Shown here: one piece after another, positions 20,513 to 28,110 of the stretch
Numbering within the stretch: position 1 is the stretch's first letter
How the letters are laid out: each line of letters opens with the position of its first letter
Assembly: GCA_963841435.1 (NCBI GenBank)
Contig: CAWJCS010000006.1
Coordinates: 448,001-512,000 of the forward strand
Origin: an uncultured delta proteobacterium
Lineage (GTDB): Bacteria > Myxococcota_A > Polyangia > Polyangiales > Polyangiaceae
Direction: 5' to 3'
Length of the DNA: 64,000 nt
Translations under genes and position numbers: made by a program
The notes under the pieces: model-generated
Database searches by the model: none
Told to the model about the DNA's origin: nothing
What the model saw: only the letters and a program-made list of their open reading frames with translations

Positions 20513-20789
20513 GCGCCGGCGCCCACGCGCTCGGTCGCGGCGGGTAGCCGCGCTGGCGCTTCGCTACCGGACTTCGCGGCACGTCACGCCCCGCACGTCC
20601 CGCACGTCCCGCACGCCCCGCACGCCCCGGAGCCGGGCTATGCTCCGGACGATGTGCGCCCTCGCCGCAGCGTCGCGACTCCCTCGCCTCCAAGCGCTGC
20701 GCGCGGCGCTACGACGTTGCCTGCAAGCGCTCCCTGCGGCGCAGCAAGCGCTCCCCGCGGTCCCGCGACGTTGCCTGCAAGCGCTCCGC

Positions 20790-21460
20790 ACGTCGCCGTG
20801 CCCCCCGCGCCCGCAAGCCGCCCAACGCGCGTCGCCGTGCCCCCCGCGCGCGCAAGCCGCCCAACGCACGTCGCCGTGCCCGCCGTGCCCGCAAGCCGCC
20901 CAACGCGCGATCGCCGCGCCCGCAAGCCGCCCAACGCGCGTCGCCGTGCCCCCCGCGCCCCCAAGCCGCCCAACGCGCGTCGCCGTGCCCCCCGCGCGCG
21001 CAAGCCGCCCAACGCGCGTCGCCGTGCCCGCCGTGCCCGCCGTGCCCGCAAGCCGCCCGACGCGCGTCGCCGTGCCCCCCGCGCCCGCAAGCCGCCCAAC
21101 GCGCGTCGCCGTGCCCGCCGCGCCCGCAAGCCGCCCAACGCACGTCGCCGTGCCCGCCGTGCCCGCCGCGCCCGCAAGCCGCCCAACGCGCGACGCCGCG
21201 CCCGCAAGCCGCCCAACACGCGTCGCCGTGCCCCCCGCGCCCGCAAGCCGCCCAACGCGCGTCGCCGTGCCCCCCGCGCCCGCAAGCCGCCCAACGCGCG
21301 TCGCCGTGCCCCCCGCGCGCGCAAGCCGCCCGACGCGCGTCGCCGTGCCCGCCGTGCCCGCCGCGCCCGCAAGCCGCCCAAGCGCCGCGTCGCCGTGCCC
21401 GCCGCGCCCGCAAGCCGCCCAACGCGCGTCGCCGTGCCCCCCGCGCCCGCAAGGCGCCCG
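20790..21460. repeat. Degenerate ~39-bp tandem array (17 anchors) with modular 9-bp length variants
   Basis: gcaagccgcccaacgcgcgtcgccgtgccccccgcgccc; spacings mostly 39, also 48, 30, 31 and 41. Confidence 0.93.
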
Positions 21461-22001
21461 ACGGCGCGCCACGCTCGGGCTACTCGCCCTCGCCGCGCTG
21501 CCGCTCGCCTGCCAGGGCGACCCCAAGGCGTCGTCGTCGCTCACGGTGAACGACACCGATGCCGGCGTCGCGCTCAGCGCCGCGTGGCACTACCGGAGCT
21601 TCGAAGTCAACGTCAACCTCACGCTCACGACGCACGAAGCCGACGACACGTGCACGACCACGGCGCACCTGCGCGTCAACGACGCCCTGAGCGGGGCCGA
21701 CGACTACAATCTTCCCGCGACCGACTGCACGGTGCTCCGTCTCGGCGCCGACGGCGACATCGTCATGGACGCGGCCCCCACGGGCCACGACTGGACCCAC
21801 GAACAGCTCAGTGTCAACACGGGACGCGAAATCATCTCGCTCGGCCCCGTTTCGCTCGCCGATCCCGACACGGGCGACCCCGTGAGCATCACGTTCACGA
21901 TCGCGGCGCCGCCCTGCGGCGACGGCACCGACTGCGACTGTGGCGTGCTCCGCCGCACGGGCGGCACGGCGCACAGCCTCTCGCTCGGCCGCAAATGCTA
22001 G
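21434..22001 (+). CDS. Putative Cys-containing lipoprotein (start unresolved; 5' end merges into the repeat array)
   Basis: RRRATLGLLALAALPLAC signal/lipobox followed by a Thr/Asp-rich domain with coding-like codon bias; corresponds to the C-terminal part of ORF 20334..22001. Confidence 0.65.
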
Positions 22002-22004
22002 CGA

Positions 22005-22120
22005 CCCCGCGGGTGGGGCTGCCCCCGACCCGCCGGTGCTCGGCCTTCGGCCTGCGCGCCGTCAACCACCCCCAAACCGCGTGCTCGGCCTCCGGCCTGC
22101 GCGCGCGGAGGGGGTGGTAC
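22005..22120. repeat. REP-like palindromic element / bidirectional terminator between convergent genes
   Basis: gtgctcggcctYcggcctgcgcgc x2; long stem ccaccccc...ccgcg...cgcgg...gggggtgg; ggggctgccccc. Confidence 0.7.
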
Positions 22121-22131
22121 GGCGCGGAGCG

Positions 22132-23247
22132 TCAGCCGCCGCCGAGCCAGGCTTCGCCCGGCGCGATGACGCCGGCCCAGCCGTCCACGTAGCGCGACGG
22201 GTCGCCGGGGCTCGAAACGTCGACCCACGCGACGTGGCGTGTGCCGTAGGCGCGCACGTCCAGGTGAACGAAGACGTTGTTCGGGTAGTAGCCGCAGCCG
22301 GTGTCGCGGAGCTTTCGGCACTCGCGAAAGAGCAGGTCGTTTCCGACGCCCTCGACGTAGATGTCGATGGCCTTGCCGCGGCGGTGCAGGCTCGTGTGAG
22401 CGTCGGGACGGTAGCCGCTCATGATGACGATGCGCTTGCCGGGAAACGCCGCGCCGATCTTGCCGAGCGCCCAGACGAGGCGCGGATCGAGCAGTCTGAG
22501 ACCCGGGAGCCATTCGCCGGGGCGGCCGTGCTGCGCTTCCGGGGGCAGCGGCAGGCTCGGCGTGGGCGTGCCGGGCGCGCGCGAAAGCATGCTCACGCGG
22601 TCGATGACCTCGGGCGCGATGGCGCCGTCGCAGTCGAAGAGCGCGAGGCGCTCGGTCTCGCCCGCGTAGCGCGTGAGGGTGACCGCCCGTGGCGCGAGCC
22701 AGCGCGGGCAAGGGCGGCTCGCACGCACGGGCAGCTCGGCGGGGGCGGGCGCGAAGTCGAGACGCCACGCGAGCGACGGTGCGGGCGCGGGACCGTACGC
22801 GCCGTCGCGGAAGGCGCGCCAGTCGGGCGTGTGATTTTCCCAGGGGCGAAGGTAGCGGCCGAGCGCAGCGAGCGTCGCGGGAGGCGCCAGCTGCCAGTGC
22901 TGCTTCGCGTTGCCCGCCGAGAGCCCGGCCGAGAGCCACGCCGTGTCGCGGACGCGTGGCGCCCTCGGGCGAAGGGCCCGCTCGGCCTCACCGAACGACG
23001 CGTACGCGGAGCTTCCCTTTGCGAAGCCGGGCTCGCGAGGCGCCGCCGGCGCCGACGGCACGCCGAGGTGCGCGCGCGTGGGTGCCGCGGCGAGCGCCAG
23101 CGCGGCGGCCGCGAGGGGCCCACCGAGCGCGAGGAGCGGCGATCGCAGCGTGCCCGGGCGCGTCACGGCGCCGAGCATACCGCGACCCGCCCCAGCGCGG
23201 GACGGCGCCGGCCTCGCCGGTTTCTGGCGCGGTTCGTAGCGGCTCAC
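22132..23247 (-). CDS. Peptidase M15 / DUF882 (YcbK-like) family protein
   Basis: LDPRL, IMSGYRP, SLHRRGKAIDI, GCGYYPNNVFVHLDVR. Confidence 0.88.
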   Translation of the reverse strand: MSRYEPRQKPARPAPSRAGAGRGMLGAVTRPGTLRSPLLALGGPLAAAALALAAAPTRAHLGVPSAPAAPREPGFAKGSSAYASFGEAERALRPRAPRVRDTAWLSAGLSAGNAKQHWQLAPPATLAALGRYLRPWENHTPDWRAFRDGAYGPAPAPSLAWRLDFAPAPAELPVRASRPCPRWLAPRAVTLTRYAGETERLALFDCDGAIAPEVIDRVSMLSRAPGTPTPSLPLPPEAQHGRPGEWLPGLRLLDPRLVWALGKIGAAFPGKRIVIMSGYRPDAHTSLHRRGKAIDIYVEGVGNDLLFRECRKLRDTGCGYYPNNVFVHLDVRAYGTRHVAWVDVSSPGDPSRYVDGWAGVIAPGEAWLGGG

Positions 23248-23275
23248 GCTCCTGCCACCGACTGGCGGAGCGGTT

Positions 23276-23935
23276 CTAGGCGCCGTTGACGGGGGCGTCG
23301 AGGGCGCCCTGGAGCAGGCCGAGGAAGGCGTCGTAAGCCTCCTTCGCCTTGATCTCGTCGCCCTCGAGGTACTCGGTGACGCTGAGGCCGTTGAGGACGG
23401 CGAGCACGAGCGTCGCGAGCGCCTCCGAGCGCTGACCGCGCGAGGCGCCGCTCACGACGTCGCGCACGACCTGTCGTGCGTCGCGCTGCAGCCCGGCGGC
23501 GCGGCGCTTGAGCTCGGGATCGCGGCGCGCCGCGCTCCAGACCTCGATGTTGAGACCCGTGCCGGTCTTGTTGCTCTGGATGGCGTCCCAGAGCGCCCGG
23601 AGCGCCTCGGTCGCCTGATGCGGCGAGCCATCACCGTTGCGGATCGCTTCCTTCAAGCGGTCGAGATAGCGGTGATACGTGAAGCTCTGCACTTCGTGAA
23701 TGAGCGCCGCTTTGCTCGCGAAGTAGTAGTGGACGATGCTTTTTCTCAGGCCAAGCTCCTTGCCGATCTCGGCGAGGGTCGTGGCAGTGAACCCCTTGCG
23801 GGCGAAGCACTTCGCAGCCGCAGAGAGGATCGAAGCAACGCGCGGGTTCTCCCAGTCGGCGCTGCGGGTGGCGGTCCCGTTCTCGTCGGTGGGTTTGCGA
23901 GCGGGGACAGCAGTTTGTTCCGTGGTCGTCATCAT
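23276..23935 (-). CDS. TetR/AcrR family transcriptional regulator
   Basis: ILSAAAKCFARKGFTATTLAEIGKELGLRKSIVHYYFASK. Confidence 0.95.
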   Translation of the reverse strand: MMTTTEQTAVPARKPTDENGTATRSADWENPRVASILSAAAKCFARKGFTATTLAEIGKELGLRKSIVHYYFASKAALIHEVQSFTYHRYLDRLKEAIRNGDGSPHQATEALRALWDAIQSNKTGTGLNIEVWSAARRDPELKRRAAGLQRDARQVVRDVVSGASRGQRSEALATLVLAVLNGLSVTEYLEGDEIKAKEAYDAFLGLLQGALDAPVNGA

Positions 23936-24127
23936 GGTGGATTCGCTTACCGGCCAGCCGGTGTCAGAAGGGGCCAAATCTCCGAGGATCTCCTGCCTCT
24001 CGTCCGGGGCGGCGTTCTTCGCCTAGCTCGTCCGTCGAGTCAAGCCCGCGTCGCCCAAAGCGTCCCCCCGGCCGGCCTCGCCGCCGCCCTGAGCGGCGCC
24101 TGAGCCCTCCGCGAGCGCGAAAAAACT

Positions 24128-25864
24128 TCACGCAGGGCCTCGTTTCTTGCCGGAAGCATGGGTTTTTGCGTCTGTTTCCGGCACGGGGCGGCGACTTTTC
24201 CAAACGGGCATCCCAAGCTTCTCCGTCCAGCCCGGTGTGCCGAACCGCCCCGGCTCCCGGCGCTCCCACATCGAGTCGCGATCGCCCGTGGCGCCCTCCG
24301 ACTCGTCGTCGTCGTCGGGGCCCTGCGTCGTCACGAGCAGCTCGTCGGCGAGGTACTCGGGGTGCGCGTCGTCCTTCGCCGTCTTGTCGGCGCGCGCGTC
24401 GCCGGCACCGACTTTCACGATCTGCGGGGTCGGCGGGTACACGTCGTCCCAGCGCTCGCGCACCGCGTGCGTCCCGTTGCGCACGATGCGGTAGCGACGC
24501 ACCTTGAAGCCCGCGACGCCGCGCTGCGCGAGCACGCGCTCACCGGACGGCAAGCTCTTGTCGGGGCGCTCGATCTCCTCGTACGGGATGGCGTCGATGA
24601 CGCGCCGGATCATCGTCACGGTGCGCGTTCTAGTCGGGCCGAGAATTTCCGCGCGGACGATGCCGTTCTTCACGGTCTCGTGCAGTACGACGGGGAAGGA
24701 AAAATCGTTCTTCACGCGGAAGTTGATGGTCGGGTACACCACCGTCGCGTCGAGCCCGAGCTTGATGTACGAGCTCGGGCGCGTGTGCGGGTAGCGCTCG
24801 ACGATCTCGAGCCCCGCGAAGAAGGCCGCGCCGTGCAGCGTCCCCGAGACCTGGCAGGTGCCGCCCCCGATGCCGTCGACGAGCTCGCCCTCGGCGATGA
24901 CGGGGGCCACCTTGTACCCATTCGCCTCGTCGCGCGGCCCCACAACGTCGTTGAAGTCGAAGATTTCGCCCGGCAGAAGCACGTGGCCGTCGAGCTTGCT
25001 CGCGGCGATGCCGAGGTTGTAGCTCCTCGCGCGGTATCTCTCGGAGCGGTCGTAGCGCGTCTCGAACCAGCCGAGCACGGCGTCGAACTTCACGCCCGCG
25101 AGCTCCTTTTGCGTGCGCTTCGGCCGGCGTGCGACGAAGGCGATCTTCGCGCCCGGCTCGCCCGCCTCGAGCGCTCGTTCGATCGAGAGCAGCGTCGCGT
25201 CCACGTCGAGCAACCGCCCCTCGCGCTCGGGGACGAGCTTGCGCTTTTCGAGATCGAGCCGTGCGTCCTCCGGTGAGCGGTCGAGAGCATCCTTGAGGTC
25301 GGCGAGGGCCGGCAGCGCGAGGTCGCGGTTGAGCGTCACGGGCAGGGGCAGGGCGAGCGGCGCGTTGCCCTTTTCGGCGCGCGCCCGGCGGAACAGCGCG
25401 CTCGTGGGATCGCGCGCGTCGTGCACGAGGTCCGAGAGGCGCACCTTGTCGAGCTCGGCGCCGAGCTGGCCGAGGTAAACTTCGCGGCGCTCGCCCGCGG
25501 CGATCTCGAGCACGAAGCGCCGTGCGACGTAATGCCTCACCCGGTCGAGCGCGCGCTCGCCCGCCGTGCGATCGAGCGCCAGGGGTCGCCCGAGGAGCGT
25601 CACGGCGAGCGGCGCGGGCGGCGTCGAGCCGGGCGAGGGAAGCCGCGGCACGAGCACGAACCCGGCCGCGAGGCCCGAAAGGACGGCGACCACGAGCGCG
25701 GCTCCGGCTCGTCCGAGCGGGAAGCGGCCGAGGATCTCGCGGAGCGCGCGGGGGAACGCCACGGGCCTTCGGGTAGCATGAAGAGCGGGGGCGTGCGTGG
25801 GGGGCGCTTCGGTGTCAGCTCGCTCGCGCCCCCGTCCCTCGAGCTCCGGCGGCGCCTCCGGCAC
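24128..25864 (-). CDS. VanW family membrane-anchored protein with G5-like region
   Basis: N-terminal TM; GEIFDFNDVVGPR, GIGGGTCQVSGTL, ERYPHTRPSSYIKLGLDATV. Confidence 0.9.
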   Translation of the reverse strand: MPEAPPELEGRGRERADTEAPPTHAPALHATRRPVAFPRALREILGRFPLGRAGAALVVAVLSGLAAGFVLVPRLPSPGSTPPAPLAVTLLGRPLALDRTAGERALDRVRHYVARRFVLEIAAGERREVYLGQLGAELDKVRLSDLVHDARDPTSALFRRARAEKGNAPLALPLPVTLNRDLALPALADLKDALDRSPEDARLDLEKRKLVPEREGRLLDVDATLLSIERALEAGEPGAKIAFVARRPKRTQKELAGVKFDAVLGWFETRYDRSERYRARSYNLGIAASKLDGHVLLPGEIFDFNDVVGPRDEANGYKVAPVIAEGELVDGIGGGTCQVSGTLHGAAFFAGLEIVERYPHTRPSSYIKLGLDATVVYPTINFRVKNDFSFPVVLHETVKNGIVRAEILGPTRTRTVTMIRRVIDAIPYEEIERPDKSLPSGERVLAQRGVAGFKVRRYRIVRNGTHAVRERWDDVYPPTPQIVKVGAGDARADKTAKDDAHPEYLADELLVTTQGPDDDDESEGATGDRDSMWERREPGRFGTPGWTEKLGMPVWKSRRPVPETDAKTHASGKKRGPA

Positions 25865-25882
25865 CCTCGTTGGTCAGCGGCG

Positions 25883-27949
25883 ATGCCGCTCGCTAGTCTT
25901 GCCCCCGTGGCCGCCGACGACCTTTTGCAGAAGCTCGAGGGGCTCCCCGCGGAGCCCGGCTGCTACCTGTTCAAGGACAAGGACGGCGCGACGCTCTACG
26001 TCGGCAAGGCGAAGAGCCTGCGCGCGCGCGTGCGGAGTTATTTTCAAGCCGCGGGCTCCGACACGCGCGCGTTCTTGCCGCTCTTGAGGCGCCACGTTGC
26101 CGACGTCGAGACGGTCGTCACGGCCACGGAGAAGGAAGCCGCGATCCTCGAGAACAGTCTCATCAAGGAGCGCAAGCCTCGCTACAACGTCAAGCTCCGG
26201 GACGACAAGGAGTACCTCTCGATCCGCCTCGCGAGCGACCATCCGTGGCCGCGGCTCGAGCTCGTGCGCAAGCCGAAAACCGACGGGGCGCGCTACTTCG
26301 GTCCTTACCATTCGGCGACGGCGGCGCGCCGCACGCTCCATCTCGTCGAGAAGCACTGGCGCCTGCGCACCTGCTCCGATCGCGAGATCGTGAGCCGCAA
26401 ACGGCCGTGCCTGAAGTACCAGATCGGCCGCTGCCCGGCGCCGTGCGTCTACAACGTCGACCGCGAGCTTTACGCGGAGCAGGTGCGCTCGGTCGCGCTC
26501 TTTCTCGACGGCCGCCACGACGAGCTTTCGGAGACGCTCGACGAGCGCATGCGCGCCGCGAGCAACCGGCTCGAGTTCGAGCTCGCGGGCACCTACCGTG
26601 ACCAGCTCGCCGCCGTCGAGTCGGTGCGCGAGGCGCAGCGCGTCGTCTCGGTGACCGACCGCGACGAGGACGTCGTTGGGCTGTTCCGCGAGGCGGACCT
26701 CGTCGAGCTCGTGCTGCTCGTGGTGCGCTCGGGGCGCGTCGTCGATACGGCGAGCTTCTCGAGCAAGAAAGTCGAGCTACCCGACGACGAGGTCATCGCG
26801 GGCTTCTTGCGCGAGCACTACGGCGAGGGTGGCTCGGGCGAGGCGCACATTCCCGACGAGGTGCTCGTGCCCGTCTTGCCGGACGGCTCGGCCGGTGTCG
26901 CCGAATGGCTTTCCGAACGCCGCGCGGCGCGCACGGCGGGTCGCGCGCCCGCGCGCGTCGAGCTCGTGGCGCCGCAACGCGGCTCGCGCCGCCGCTTGCT
27001 CGAGCTCGCCGAGAGCAACGCCAAGCACGCCTACGAAGAGAAGCGCCGCGCCGAGAGCGATATGGGCGAGCGCCTGTTCCGCGTTCAGGAGCGGCTCCGA
27101 CTGCCGACCTTGCCGCGCCGCATCGAGTGCGCCGACATCTCGCACCTCGGCGGAGAGGACACCGTGGGCGCCATCGTGTCCCTGTTCGACGGCAAGCCCG
27201 ACAAGAAGCGTTACCGGAGCTACCACGTGAAGACGGCGGGCCCCGGCGACGACTACCAGGCGCTCTACGAGGTCCTGCGGCGCCGCTTTCGTCGCGGCAA
27301 AGCGGCGCGCGACGGCACGCCCAGCGACGGCACGCCCAGCGACGGCACGCCAGCGAACATTCCCGTCGAGACGGCGGACAGCGTCGAGCGTGCCGAAGGC
27401 ACGGCGTCACCCGAGGTGGCGCCGGCCGCCAACGTTGGCGAGCCGCACGCGCACGCCAACGGCGCGCCCGAGCCCGACTGGCAACTGCCGGACCTCTTCG
27501 TCGTCGACGGCGGCCGCGGCCAGCTCGGCGTCGCGCTCGCTGCGGCGCACGATCTCGGTATCCACGACCTCATGATCGTCGGACTCGCCAAGGAGCGGGA
27601 GAGCGAGCTTGGTGACAAGCAGGTGGATCGCGTCTACCTGCCGGGGCAGAAAAATCCGATTCCACTGCGTCCCAACAGCCCCGAGCTCTTCATGCTCGCG
27701 CTCGCCCGCGACGAGGCCCACCGCTTCTCGAACGCCGGTCGCAAGAAGACCGGTAAGCGTCGCCGCTTCGAATCCGCGCTCGATCGGGTCAAGGGGATCG
27801 GGCCGAAGACCCGGAAAGCGCTGCTTAAAGAGCTCGGCTCGGTCGAGGCCATCCGTGGGGCGAGCGACGACCAGATCCTCGCCGTGACCGGCGTGACGAA
27901 GAACCACCTCGCCGCCGTTCGGCGCTGGCTCTCGGACCCCAAAATCTGA
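25883..27949 (+). CDS. uvrC: Excinuclease ABC subunit C
   Basis: PGCYLF, YVGKAKSLRARVRSYF, IECADISH, VDGGRGQL, RDEAHRF, HhH GIGPK. Confidence 0.98.
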   Translation: MPLASLAPVAADDLLQKLEGLPAEPGCYLFKDKDGATLYVGKAKSLRARVRSYFQAAGSDTRAFLPLLRRHVADVETVVTATEKEAAILENSLIKERKPRYNVKLRDDKEYLSIRLASDHPWPRLELVRKPKTDGARYFGPYHSATAARRTLHLVEKHWRLRTCSDREIVSRKRPCLKYQIGRCPAPCVYNVDRELYAEQVRSVALFLDGRHDELSETLDERMRAASNRLEFELAGTYRDQLAAVESVREAQRVVSVTDRDEDVVGLFREADLVELVLLVVRSGRVVDTASFSSKKVELPDDEVIAGFLREHYGEGGSGEAHIPDEVLVPVLPDGSAGVAEWLSERRAARTAGRAPARVELVAPQRGSRRRLLELAESNAKHAYEEKRRAESDMGERLFRVQERLRLPTLPRRIECADISHLGGEDTVGAIVSLFDGKPDKKRYRSYHVKTAGPGDDYQALYEVLRRRFRRGKAARDGTPSDGTPSDGTPANIPVETADSVERAEGTASPEVAPAANVGEPHAHANGAPEPDWQLPDLFVVDGGRGQLGVALAAAHDLGIHDLMIVGLAKERESELGDKQVDRVYLPGQKNPIPLRPNSPELFMLALARDEAHRFSNAGRKKTGKRRRFESALDRVKGIGPKTRKALLKELGSVEAIRGASDDQILAVTGVTKNHLAAVRRWLSDPKI

Positions 27950-28051
27950 CAAACTCAGTTGGCCGCGCCGACGGGCATCGCCAACTCGGTTGTCGGCTCC
28001 AGCCGCGGTAGGCAACGATGCTCGGCCCTCGCGAATCGGCATGAGCCTTGC

Positions 28052-28082
28052 GTTGACACTGTCCCGCGTCAACCCCTACGCT
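28052..28082 (+). promoter_or_regulatory. Sigma70-type promoter with overlapping inverted repeat
   Basis: TTGACA(28053)-N18-TACGCT(28077); GTTGAC-N10-GTCAAC palindrome; AAGGAG RBS at 28095. Confidence 0.6.
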
Positions 28083-28110
28083 CTCGGCGCCTCCAAGGAG
28101 TTCCCCCGCT

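Noticed and set aside
20790-21460. CRISPR-like array with variable spacers
   Set aside because: The variable parts are rearrangements of the same 9-bp module, not unique sequences.
24128-25864. Vancomycin resistance locus
   Set aside because: VanW-family protein only; no vanHAX or vanRS.
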